Position numbers and translations under genes: made by a program. Of a stretch of DNA of 48,538 nt, positions 12,252 through 24,929 are shown piece after piece (position 1 is the stretch's first letter; each line of letters starts with the position of its first letter). Source of the DNA: Jimgerdemannia flammicorona. Lineage: Eukaryota. The stretch is from contig RBNJ01000037.1 of the NCBI GenBank assembly GCA_003990765.1, positions 1 through 48,538 of the forward strand, given 5' to 3'. Below the pieces are notes generated by a model that did no database searches, was not told where the DNA came from, and worked only from the letters and a program-made list of their open reading frames with translations.

Positions 12252-13266
12252 TAAACTGAAAACATGCATGGAATGACTTTCCTACCTAAGCTTCGGTATT
12301 TTATAACACGAAGCCTCCTTCACGATGCAGTTCCTCGTCGTTAATCATCGTTCTGTCAATTGGCGGTTAATGGTCGTTCGGAGGTTAAACATCGTTCTGC
12401 AAAACGCAGAATGACAATGTCATGATGGGATTTGATATTGATTTGTGATTTTGTCCGATACATCAATTTCGACTTCAAGCCAGTAAACGCCAGGGTAATG
12501 GCACATGAACATCGTATCTTACGCATTGTGACATATCTCAGTTCACAAAATGATTGGTAAGTGCTAACAATGACATTGCGAGCCTTACTAGGCGTAATGC
12601 CCGAGCGATTTTTATCCTCTGAAAGGGCTGTACTAAGAACCTTGTATTGATGGGATATCAACTAACGGCAGAATCGCTGAATAACAAAAAAAAAAACTAC
12701 ACTATAATTATAGAATGATAACTAGCTGCAGACAATTATCAGCATAACAATAATTAATTAACCACAAAACATAGAACAACAATGTCTCGAGCTTCAGTTA
12801 TATCGCACAGTTAGTGCTGTTCTCATTATAGATACCAATAATCAATGCGAGTTATGGCAAACGTTGATACTTGCATCGACTGTAATATCCATAACGTGCT
12901 CAATGTCACAGCACTGACATAACTAACAATTATATATCACATTATAAGCATGCGCAAAAATGCTTGCAACGTCAGTCAATGGCAATATCAGCCCGAGACG
13001 GTATCCGACAGCTCCGTGAACGTGATATGCTCAGTCACTTGCTGATCGATTGGGCATGGCAATTTATCGGGATTGAGTCAAATGGGTTTTTGAATTGAGA
13101 AGTGCCCAACACAGACGCGCTCTCGGATCCGCTATCATGTCTGCACGTGATTACGCCACATCTTCTTACGTCACATCTCTGAAGATGTCATCAATCAGAA
13201 CGCGTATTTAGCATTATCAATAAACTCTACTCCACTCTACAACACCCTCAAGCATGTGGTGCTCAT

Positions 13267-13304
<38 letters not shown>

Positions 13305-13769
13305 ACCATGCAGTATCTTTTCAGAGGAAGATCTTAAAAAACTCTTATCTCTCCTAAAGTCACCTCAACTTCAAAAGTATCTGTATATATCACCTTATTC
13401 TCCTTATGGTATTTTTTATTAAAATATAATTATATTGAAGTCTATATATATATCAAGTTATATGATGGTAAGTAACTGAATTAAGTTAGATGACTTTTAT
13501 ATTTCTTTGTATCTTTTTCTCTACTTCTTTACTTACTCTTTTATTAAAACTCTATGCTAGAGTATAAATTCTATAAAAAACTATTATAGACTCAGACTTT
13601 TACAAACTATATTCTTTACTACTATTATATAACTTTAAGTAGTTTACTATATTAAATAATACTTCTAAGCCTTTCTTTATAGAAGTTCTATAAATACTCT
13701 AATAGTAATAGTTCAGCAGATTGTCAATACTAAAAGTCTCTAATATGTATATACTATAATTAAATTAGT

Positions 13770-15103
13770 TAGAATAGTAAAATAGGTAATAATTTATCTA
13801 TAAGTATAGAATATTTTATCACTGTTATAAATTGATAATAAGTTAAAGAGATAGAAAAATATTACTCTATATAGAATTCTAAAAAGTAGTAAAGTAAATA
13901 ATATATATAGTTATAGAATATCTTTCTGTAAAAAATTATTTAGTTAATATATGAGATAGTTTATAAGTAATTAAACTTTATAGTTATAAAGAGTTTGTCT
14001 AGAGAATATAAGCTATTTAGTTAATAATATCAGAATAGATATATTTTTCTATAAGAAGACTAATTATTATCATAAATATATTAAGAAGAAAAGTTATATT
14101 TAATAGTTAAAGTTAGTACTTTCAAATAAATTAAATTGAGGATTTTTTTAATTTGAATTGAGTTTAAATTGAATCAAGTTCAAATTAAATTAAGATCTGA
14201 TTTGATTCAATTTAAATTGAATTGAGGTCTGATTTAATTTGAAATTTTTACCCCAACTTTAAAATGTAATAACTCAATAAAAATAAATCCAAATTTAATA
14301 TTCTTTATTATACTAGATTTACTAATATGTAAGATATATTTAATAAGCTAAAATTTATTAAATTTAGATATATTTTGATCAAGTTATTGAATTTTGAAAA
14401 ATTAGATTCAAATTAAACTTTGAATTAAATTGGACCTTAATTTAATATGAATTTGATTAAATTACATCTTAATTCAAATTAAATATTTTGAATCAAATCA
14501 AATTGAGATCAAATTAAATTAAATTTGATTCATTCTGAGTACTAGTTAAAGTAAGCAGAATATCTTTAAAGAAGTAACAATCTATATATAAATATAGAAT
14601 ATTTTATTACTACTAGAAATAATAATATGTTAAAGAGATTAATAATACTATTCTATATAGAATAACTCTCAGAAAATAGTAAAGTAAATAATATAGTCAT
14701 AGAATATCTTTTCATTATAAAGTATCTAAATAATATATATAAGATAATTTGTAAGTAATTGAACTTTATAGTAAGAATATAAGTATATATGAAAAAGAAA
14801 AGTCTGTCTAGAGAATATAAGCTACTTAGTCAGTAATATCAGAATACAGATATACTTTTTCATAAGAAAACTAATTCTTATTATAGGTATATTAAGAAGA
14901 AACCTTATATATTTAATAGTTAGAATAGACTAAATATCTTTAGAGGAGTGATAACTTATCTATAAGTATAAATTATCTTACTACTACTATAAATTAATAA
15001 TAAGTTAAAGAGGTAAATAATATTGTCTCATATAGAGTAACTTTCAGAAAGTAGTAAAGTAAATAATATAGTTACAAAATATCCTCTCATTAGAAAGTAT
15101 CTA
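13770..15103. repeat. Decayed AT-rich tandem repeat, ~350-380-bp unit, ~2.5 copies, interrupted by a MITE
   Basis: GTCTAGAGAATATAAGCTA..ATATCAGAATA and AGTAAAGTAAATAATATA blocks recur in units ~13770-14113, ~14553-14920 and partial 14921-15103. Confidence 0.75.
14114..14544. mobile_element. hAT-like palindromic MITE (copy 2, more decayed)
   Basis: TAGTACT...AGTACTA ends; 8-bp TSD GTTAAAGT at 14106-14113 and 14545-14552; internal layout matches the element at 181-554. Confidence 0.85.
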
Positions 15104-16620
15104 TATTATCGCTGCCAAAATTAACGGAATGGCCAATAGCATAGTTGGTCGCTGATTACAGGCAAAATACCACATGCAGGTAATATATGCTGCTTTGACA
15201 TTGGACGTTTTATTATAATTTGTAGCCTCGACCTCACCACTAGAAACTAACAGTAAACATATACCTTTACAAGCATATAATACATACACTGCTTTCTTAT
15301 TTGTAGTTCCGAGAACAGGATAAATATATACCGTGGAATCTGACCTGCAAAGGCGGGAGGGAGTCACTTTGTTTTTATTATCCCATTGTCCAGTACAAAC
15401 AAGAAAACCGAGGTGATGATTAGAAGAAGGCTGTACAAGACGTCTCATTCCTTTGCTTTTCTAAGCGATTTTGTGTAATTGATAGCAAATCAAGATCCAG
15501 AACAAAAACCAATGGGCCACACAGCTAATAGATCTTATTTTCCTCCTTTTCCGCCGTCCCTTCTTTTTCCCTTCCTCTTTTGTTTTCCCCACAAATGTTT
15601 GCCCGACGTCCTGCGTAAATGCACATGTATATACACTCCCCGCTGCTATCCTGGTTTCGATCAATAATATGACGAAGATTGGATCACAATTGATGCGGCT
15701 ATGTCGCATAGTATAGAATTAACCACTCCCCTAGCCCACTTTCCCACCACACACGAACCCATTCTTGGTGACGACGTCAATTCCAAAGGGTGGGCGCTGC
15801 TCAAACATATAGTGGAAAGGGAACAAGAAGCTGTCAGAAATAAGGGAAGGTCCGGTTTGACGGCGATCGGGTGCGGCTTCCGGTGGCCCGTTATCGACAG
15901 GCGTCCAAACGGAATTGTCAGCATCGGAACCGTGGATGAGGGTTGGTAAGAGGGCCTATATGTGGTATGGAAAAGGCAGAGCACTGTTCGGAGGACGGTC
16001 ATGGTTTGAACAGAAAGAGTTGCGTGACGGAATTCTATGGTGATTCACCAACTCAGAGAAAAATGCTCGTGGGCTTGGGCATTTGGACACCAGTCAAATT
16101 GTCAGATGGTGGTGAGTCAAAATATTTAACGGTATGTCTTCTAGGCTATAACGCTCAACCATAATGGTATAACACGTATCAAAATCAGCGAGAGTGATTT
16201 GTAAGATAACAAATCCATGTCAACGCCACTGTGGACATATTGGCTGGTACTCATTAATAAAACTAGGAGATTGTTCCTTGCCCATGATTCTGAAGGTCAG
16301 TCGCTAGTCTTGGTTAAGCGTTCGGCCACGCCTAGTCAGGGTATTTTAAACTGCGTGAAATGTACTTCTGGTGTGACATAATATACCAGAGCTCGAACAC
16401 TAGAATCGGTATTTATTGTATCGACATTCAATTGTTGTTTGTCACCAGCAATATTTAAGGTGAATACAAAATATACACCAGCTGATTGTTACGATATGAG
16501 CAAAAGAAAATGGTTATAGATACAATGTATACAACCCATGAAAATGTTAAGACGTACAACTTAGGCTTTGGTACAGAACGATGACAGTATTGCTAAGCTA
16601 AAAGCAGATGACCTCATCAC

Positions 16621-18115
16621 TCAGCCTCGACGATCTTTTATCCGATACTTACAATCATTAAATAAGCCTACAGCAAGATACACCTTGTCGAGGCTGTCCC
16701 GTAATCGACTCCGTTGATCGAAAGGGCACAAGTACGGTCATTTAGGTTTAAATGCAATGTTATGACATCGCCATTTTCAATGCGTTTGCCGAAATTGCGC
16801 TGCCTTTTTTTATCCCACCATGCTATTTGCTCGCTATACCGAGATGAGAAAGCCCATGAATATGGCTGTTTTGCCATCTCACAATTAAAGCTTGTGAATT
16901 CTTCTCCAATTAATCCAATCTCACAGATGCCGTAGTTGGCACGCGATCCAATAAATTCAACGACAATGTCCCATTCGCAGAGATCGTTGTGAACCTTTGT
17001 CCCAGGGACGGAAAGCCGTGCTGTCTGTGGCGAAGCCCCCGATGGAAGCTCCACAATTTGGCCATCGTCCGAAACGACCACTTGCGAACCGACTTTCGAT
17101 CGATCCCACTGAAGACTGACATCGTGCCTCGTCTTCCCGCGACGTGCGGGCGGATGGCCCGTAGGGCATACGGTATTCTTGCAGGCGTGATGGCAAAACG
17201 CCATGTAGTGTGGAGAGGTCTCCGCAAACGTGACAATTGCCTCTGCGAGGATCTTGAGTCGATGTGGACAGATGAGCGTGAGGTCAAAGTTACTCATCAT
17301 TTTGCGCAGCAAGCCGCGCGACGTGACATCTCCTAGCCGGACCGCGCCATCGAGCCCCGCGACCATATCGTTAATGTCACGTAAAACAGCACGGCGCTCT
17401 AAAGCCGACGGCACATTATTGTTACGTGCCCAGGCCCAGTCAACGACGCACAGCAACAAATCGTGCTCGGGGGTGACAAGGGTTGCTGCTTCGGTGAGGA
17501 GAAGCTCGAGGGCCTCTTCGGAGAGGTCGGTCAGCTCGCCGATGGCGAGCTTGTGAGTGCGGAAGGGGTTGAGAAGCACATTGTAGAGGTCTTTGTTGGC
17601 TTCGCTCCAAGGGATGGCGGCGACGGCCTCGTCGAGGAGCGATGAGGTGACACCAAAATCAGTGAGGTCGTGCGCGCGTTCGAGCACCATCTTCATGAGC
17701 TTTGGGAGGATGAGAAGTTTGCTGCGCGGTATATTCCTACCGCGGTGGAAACTTTGACGGTGTTATCGATAGTTTCGGTGTGAATAAAGCCGAGGACGAT
17801 GTTGAGCACTGCGGAGGTGATGTCGTTGAGGACAACGCGATGAGAAGAACTCTCTCGCGTGTTTCCGTACAGCATCGCCTTAAAGACTGGGCACCTTATA
17901 GGAGATTACACGAATCAGGGTTGTAGAAAATGCTACGAAAAACAACGGATATAACTAAACTGTAATCGGACAAACCTTGAAGCCAGTACGGCACGACAAG
18001 CGCCTAGCTCGACACCGTCAGCGCAGACGATGGTCACATCGTGGTAGGTTGGATCCTTCCAAATGGAGGCGATATCGTCTCTGAGACTAAGGCCACTGTC
18101 GGGTTGTTGGGCCAT
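16621..18115 (-). pseudogene. BTB-BACK-SPRY paralogue C, full length but frameshifted
   Basis: Same two-exon structure as D and F; 1-bp deletion near 17715 (AANF then out of frame) and ~13-bp deletion near 16690 removing WHNLP; first ATG changed to ATA. Confidence 0.85.
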
Positions 18116-18676
18116 GTTTATAAAATCAAGGTTCTGTTTGAAATGGTTGAGGTGCGATTTCAATTTGGATCGTGGCGCAGCGTGGACAAGGTTGGTGATG
18201 TCGTGTAATTAAGATGTGCAAATGTCGAGATATCTGCATCGTCGATACAGCACACGGCAAGAGGAGCACACCGTGGAGCATCAAACGCATCGCATCGACC
18301 CGATGACATTAGCGCCGCAAGTTGATGTTTGTTCACATGAGCAGTTCATCTAGCATATAGCATAAAAACACAAACTCTTCACCAGTTCGACTATTCTCCT
18401 CTCCAACAGGATGGCAATACCAGGCCAAGGAAAGTCTCCGCTGTGGTTTTATTTACTGATATTGATTAATCAAATCAGAAGCTCGTGCTCTTGTGTTCCT
18501 TGCTCATGATTCTGTCAACTTTATTAGTAAAATGTATTCAAATAGAATTTCGATCATTCAAACATTCATTGCGGATGCTAGTTGGTCAAGTGTTTGGTCC
18601 CACCAGGATGCCATTAGCATTTGTGGGTATTTAAACTGCAATTGAAGTTGATATTGAAATTTATCCTGCAAAGTCC

Positions 18677-18708
<32 letters not shown>

Positions 18709-18902
18709 AAAATAGCTTGAATATTTGAAATTTACATCTGATGATGAAACAGAACAATTTATTGTCGTTAACAGTACTACTTAAAACAAATTAAACAAAA
18801 TTCAATTTAGATATGAGTCAATATGAATATCTATTAATACAATGTCTACAACTTAGGCTTTAATACAGAGTGATAACAGTATTCAAATTTCGTCATTCGG
18901 CC

Positions 18903-20406
18903 TCAATGATCTTTTATCCGATACTTGGATAGTGGAAATAAGGTCACGGCAAGATACACCTTGTCGGGGAGATTGTGCCAGGCTGTCCCGTGATTGACTC
19001 CATTAATCGAAAAGGCACAGGTATTGTCATTTAGATTTAAATGCACAGTTACGATATCGCCATTTTCAATACATTTGCCGTAATCGTGACGTTTTGCTCG
19101 ATCCCACATACATGAATTGTTATTGTACGATTGCAAAGTCCATGCGTATGACCGACCTGACATGTTACTATCAAAACGTGTGAAATTCTCTCCAATGAGC
19201 CCAATCTCACAGATGTCGTACGTGTCAAGCGATCCAATGGATTCAACGACAATATCCCATTCGCAGAGATCGTTGTGAACCTTTGTCCCAGGGACGGAAA
19301 GCCGTGCTGTCTGTGGCGAAGCCCCCGATGGAAGCTCCACAACTTGGCCATCGTCCGAAACGACCACTTGCGAACAGACTTTCGATCGATCCCACTGAAG
19401 ACTGACATCGTGCCTCGTCTTCCCGCGACGTGCGGACGGATGGCCCGTAGGGCATACGGTATTCTTGCAGGCGTGATGGCAAAACGCCATGTAGTGTGGA
19501 GAGGTCTCCGCAAACGTGTCAATTGCCTCTGCGAGGATCTTGAGTCGATGCGGGCAGACGAGCGTGAGGTCAAAGTGACTCAGCATTTTGAGTAGCAAAG
19601 CGCGCGACGCGCTATTTCCTAGCCGGACTCCGCCTTCGCACCCCGTAACCATATCATTGATGTCATGCAGGACAGCACGGCGCTCCGAAACCGATGGCGC
19701 ATTCTCGTTGCGTCCCCAGACCCAGTCGACGACGCACAGCAACAGGTCGTGCTCTGGCGTGGCAAGGGTTGCTGCCTCAGTGAGGAGAAGCTCGAGGGCC
19801 TCTTCGGAGAGGTCTGTCAGCTCGCCGATGACAAGTTTGTGAGCGCGAAAGGGGTCGAGGAGTACTTTGTACAAGTCCTTGTTGGCTTCGCTCCAAGGGA
19901 TGGCGGCGACGGCCTCGTTGAGGAGCGATGAGGTGACACCAAAATCAGTGAGGTCGTGCGCGCGTTCAAGCACCATCTTCATGAGCTTTGGGAGGAGGAG
20001 AAAGCTTGCTGCGCGGTATATTCCTACCGCGATGGAAACGTTGACGGTGTTATCGATGGTTTCGGTGTGAATAAAGCCGAGGACGATGTTGAGCACTGCG
20101 GAGGTAATGTCGTTGAGGACAACGCGTTGGGAAGAACTCTCTCGCATGTTTCCATATAGCATCGCCTTGAAGACTGGGCACCTTATAGGAGACCATATGA
20201 ATTAGGAGTGTGGAATTGCTACGAAAACAATGGACACAACTAAATCGAAATCGGACAAACCTTGAAGCCAGTATGGCACGACAGGCGCCTAGCTCGACAC
20301 CGTCAGCGCAGACGATGGTGACATCGTGGTAGGTGGTGTCCTTCCAAATGGAGGAAATGTCGTCCCTGAGACTAAAACCGCTGTCGGATTGCTCGACCAT
20401 GTTCAT
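18903..20406 (-). CDS. BTB/POZ-BACK-SPRY(B30.2) protein, paralogue D, intact (exons 20406-20261, 20181-18903; 474 aa); putative Cullin-3 substrate adaptor
   Basis: BTB: YHDVTIVCADGVELGACRAILASR|CPVFKAMLYGNMRESS..VVLNDIT..; BACK-like LSEEALELLL..EHDLLLCVVDW; SPRY: LQWDRSK..VVSDDG, WDIVVE..EIGL, YGKCIENGDIVTVHLNLNDNTCAFSINGVNHG..NLPDKVYLAVTL; 79-nt GT-AG intron keeps the frame. Confidence 0.9.
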
Positions 20407-20590
20407 AAAAGCAAGGTTCTGTTTGAGATGTTTCGGTTACAGATGGTGCCCTTCTATTCCGAATCGTGGCGCAGCTCCGGCAAGGTTTATGATGTCATGG
20501 CTAAGTTACGCGGCACATGAACCTAATTATTATATATATGTGCAAATGCCTGCAACGCATCTCATCGTTACAGGTTGATGTAAATTAAAT

Positions 20591-20710
20591 TGTGTAAGAG
20601 AATCGGATTCGGGCAAACCTTGAAGCCGCACGCGCTCAGCTTGACACATTAGGTCCTTCCGATGGCGTCACTGAAACTAAAACCGCTGTCGCATTGTTCG
20701 ACCATGTTAT
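20591..20710 (-). pseudogene. Relic of BTB paralogue exon 1 and intron start
   Basis: Reverse strand reads ATGGTCGAACAATGCGACAGCGGTTTTAGT...GCTTCAAG|GTTTGCCCG, matching exon 1 and its donor with internal deletions. Confidence 0.75.
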
Positions 20711-21264
20711 TAAAACAGCAGAAATAAAGGGGTTTGCACGAGATGGGTGATGTGCGAAAGAAATCGTGAAAAGGGGGGGGGGGGGTTGTCAACGTTAATT
20801 TCTAGTGCAACCAAGAATAATGAAGGAATGCAAGGAACATATTGACGAAGCGAAAGAGAATGCTAAGATCTTAATCATAAACTCTATCCACAATTCGATC
20901 ATTCAAACAGTCATTGGAGTGCCAGTGTTCAGCCCCGCCAGGCGGCCTTCGGCGCTTACGGGTTAGCACGTTTGAACTGTATGGAATATGCGATTGGAGT
21001 TCGGCGTCCCTAATTCTGGATCGAATGTATCTCGGATATTAGAATTTCAACGAAGAGACAGGAATGTTTATTGTGTTAAATTCAATTGCCGTTTTGTCGA
21101 CAGCACTACTTAAGGTGAAAATATCTAAAAAAAAAAAACATGACAGCTTATAACTAAGATATAAGCCAAAAATATATAGCGACAGCTACAATGCATCCTA
21201 CTAATTAAAATGATAGGACAATACAGCATAGGCTCTTGTAAAGAACGATGACAGTATTGAGAAA

Positions 21265-22762
21265 TCACCCATGACGATCCTTTATCCGATATTTGCATAG
21301 TTCATATAAGGTCACGGCAGGGTACACCTTGTCAGGGAGATTGGACCAGGCTATCCCATGATTGGACCCGTTAATAGAAATGGTACAAGTATGATTATTT
21401 ACATTTAAATATAACGTTATGACATCGCCATTTTTAATACGTTTGCCGTAGTCGCGATAATTTGAATGCGAAATTGAACGGTTGACGTTGCTGGTTCTTA
21501 GGAAAGTCCATGCATACTGTCTAGTTACTATTTGATCACTAAAATTTGTGAACTCCTTTCCAACGAGTCCAACCTCACAGATATCATGCAAACTCATGGA
21601 TTCAACGACAATATCCCATTCGCATAGATCATTGTGAGCCTTTGTCCCAGGGACGGAAAGCCGTGTTGTCTGTATTGAAGGCACCAATAGAAGCTCCACA
21701 ACCTGGCCATATTCCGAAACGACAACTTGGGAACCGACTTTCGATCGATCCCCCTGGAGATTGAGATTGAGATGTGCCTTTCCGCGATTTGCGGACGGAT
21801 GACCCGTAGGGCATACGGTATTTTTGTAGGCGTGATGGCAAAACGCCACGTATTGTGGAGAGGTCTCTGTAAACGTATCGATTGCCTCCACGAGGCTCTT
21901 GAGGCGATGCGGGCAGACGAGTGTGAGATCAAAATGGCTCGTCATTTTAAGAAGCAAGGCGCGCGACGCGCTATCTCCTAGCCGGACTCCGCTTTCGCAC
22001 CCCGTAACCATATTATTGATGTCATGCAGGACAGCACGGCTCCGAAGCCGATGGAGCATTCTCGTTGCGTCCCCAGACCCAGTCGACGACGCACAGCAAC
22101 AGATCGTGCTCTGGCGTGGCAAGGGTTGCTGCCTCAGTGAGGAAAAGCTCGAGGGCCACTTCGGAGAGGTCGGTCAGCTCGCCGATGGCAAGTTTGTGAG
22201 CGCGGAGGGGGTTGAGGAGTACTTCGTACAGGTCCTTGTTGGCTTCGCTCCAAGGAATGGCGGCGACGGCTTCGTTAAGAAGCGATGAGGCAACACCAAA
22301 ATCGGCGAGGTCGTGTGCGCGATCCAGTACCATCTTCATGAGCTTTGGAAGGAGGAGAAAGTTTGCTGCGCGGTATATTCCTACTGCGGTAGAAGTTTCG
22401 ACGGTGTTGTCGATGGTTTCGGTGTGAATAAAGCCGAGAACGATGTTGAGCACTGCGGAGGTGATGTCGTTGAGGACGACGCGATGAGAGGAACCCTCTC
22501 GCATGTTTCCGTAAAGCATCGCCTTGAAGACTGGGCACCTTTAAAGAGACCACAAGAATCAGATATGCGGAAAATGTCACAAAATATGACAACTAAACTG
22601 TTTAAGAGAATCGAAATCGGACAAACCTTGAAGCCAGTTCAGCACGGCACACGCCTAGCTCAACACCGTCAGCGCAGATGATGGTCACATCGTGGTAGGT
22701 CAGATGGAAGCAATGTCGTCCCTGAGACTAAGATCGCTGTCGGATTGTTTGACCATGTTCAT
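21265..22762 (-). pseudogene. BTB-BACK-SPRY paralogue E, frameshifted
   Basis: 10-bp deletion in exon 1 (ASI-stop) and a frameshift near 22040; otherwise collinear with D and F. Confidence 0.88.
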
Positions 22763-23231
22763 AAAATCAAGAGAAATAAAAGGTGTGATGTCGGCTGTGC
22801 AAAGTGCTTGTAGGTATGAATTGTGGCGCAGCGTCGATAAGGACCAAATCGTTGAACACACATTCGATACATTTCGTATGTTAAAATGTTGAGATATCTG
22901 CATCGTCGTTGCAGCACAGAAAGAGGAGTACACCGTGGAGCATCCAATTCATCGTATTGCATCAGCGCCGCAGGTTGACGTACATTGTTCACATGGGCAG
23001 TTCATATAATATAAAAACATAACCTCTTCGCCAGTTCAGAATTCGAACACTAGACTTCTCAGAAAATTATTCAATCACCGTTTTGTCGACAGCACTATTT
23101 ACGTTAAATATATCTAAAGGACACAACAGCCTACAGTTAAGATAGCCAAAAATCATGGCCACAGCTACAATCTATAGATACAACATAGGATTTGGTACAG
23201 AACGATGCCAGTATTGCTAAGCTAAGACCAT

Positions 23232-24747
23232 TCAATCTCGGCGATCTTTAATCCGATATTTGCAATGTTCATGTAACGTCACGGCAGGGTACACCTCGTC
23301 GGGGAGATTTGTCCAGATTATCCCATGATTGAATCCGTTGATCGAAAGGGAACAAGTATGATCATTTACGTTTAAATGCAAGGTTATGACATCCCCACTT
23401 TTAATCCGTTCGCCGTATTCGCGATATTCTGCGTGAGAATATGAACGTTTGGTGTTGTTGTGGGTTAGGAAAGCCCATGCATACGGCTGGCATGCTATTC
23501 GACCACTAAAATGTGTAAATTCCTCTTCAACAAGCCCAATCTCACAAACACCACGCGATCCAGTGGATTCAACAACAATGTCCCATTCACATAGGTCATT
23601 GTGAACCTTGGTCCCGGGAATGGAAAGCCGTGCAGTTTGTTTCGAAGTCCCTGATGGAAGTTCTACAACCTGGCCATCTTCCGAAACGACTACTTGAGAA
23701 CCGACTTTCGATTGATCCCACTGGAGACTGATATTGTGGTGCGCCTTTTCGCGATTTGCGGACGGATGACCCGTATGGCATACGGCATTATTGCAGGCAT
23801 GATAGCAAAATGCCATGTAGTGTGGAGAGGTCTCCGCAAATGTGTCGACTGCCTCCGCGACGCTCTTGAGTCGATGCGGGCAGACGAGTGTGAGATCAAA
23901 GTGCCTCATCATTTTAAGAAGCAAGGCGCGCGACGCACCATCTCCTATACGGACTGTGCCTTCGCACCCCGAAACCATATCGTTGATGCCATGAAGGACA
24001 GCACGGCGCTCCGAAGCCGATGGCGCATTCTCGTTGCGTCCCCAGGCCCAGTCGATGACGCAGAGTAACAGGTCATGCTCGGGCGTAGCAAGGGTTGCTG
24101 CCTCGGTAAGGAGAAGCTCGAGGGCCTCTTCGGAGAGGTCGTTCAACTCGCCGATGGCAAGCTTGTGAGCACGGAAAGGGTTGAGAAGCACGTCATAAAG
24201 GTCCTTGTTGGCTTCGCTCCAGGGTATGGCGGCGACAGCTTCGTTGAGAAGCGATGAGGTAACACCAAAATCGGCGAGGTCGTGTGCGCGTTCCAGTACC
24301 ATCTTCATAAGCTTTGGGAGGAGGAGAAAGTTTGCCGCACGGTACGTTCCTATTGCGGTGGAAATTTCGACGGTGTTGTCGATGGTTTCGGTGTGAATAA
24401 AACCGAGGATGCTGTTGAGCACTGCGGAGGTGATGTCGTTGAGGACGACGCGATGAGAGGAACCCTCTCTCATGGTTCCGTAAAGCATCGCCTTAAAGAC
24501 TGGGCACCTTTTAAGAGACCATATGAATTCAGGTGTATGTAAGTGGAATGAAAAACGACGGATACAATCAAAGTGTGTAAGAGAATCGATATCGGACAAA
24601 CCTTGAAGCCAGTACAGCACGGCACGCGCCTAGCTCGACACCATCAGCGCAAACGATGGTCACATCGTGGTAGGTAGGGTCCTTCCAGATGGAGGCAATG
24701 TCATCCCTGAGACTAAGGCCGCTGTCGGATTGGTCGACCATGTTCAT
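23232..24747 (-). CDS. BTB/POZ-BACK-SPRY(B30.2) protein, paralogue F, intact (exons 24747-24602, 24507-23232; 473 aa)
   Basis: Same motifs as D; GT-AG intron 24601-24508; spliced length 1422 nt, in frame. Confidence 0.9.
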
Positions 24748-24929
24748 AAAATAAAGAGAAATAAAGGTTTCTATTTGAGATGGTTGAGGTGCTACAACGG
24801 AAAATTTTTCGCCCTAATTAATTATGTCACGCCTCGGAACTTGCCACAATTTTTTCTATTTATAAATAGCTGGCACACAGCCTAACCCCAACAAACTAGA
24901 AGGTATGAGGTGGCGAAACATACAAAACT

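Noticed and set aside
15130-16000. Exon-like pieces and ORF 15701-15949
   Set aside because: Splice-like signals are present, but I could not build a consistent model or recognise a domain
16714-24542. Many overlapping antisense or alternate-frame ORFs repeated in each BTB copy
   Set aside because: Shadow ORFs of GC-rich coding sequence; they recur only because the gene is duplicated
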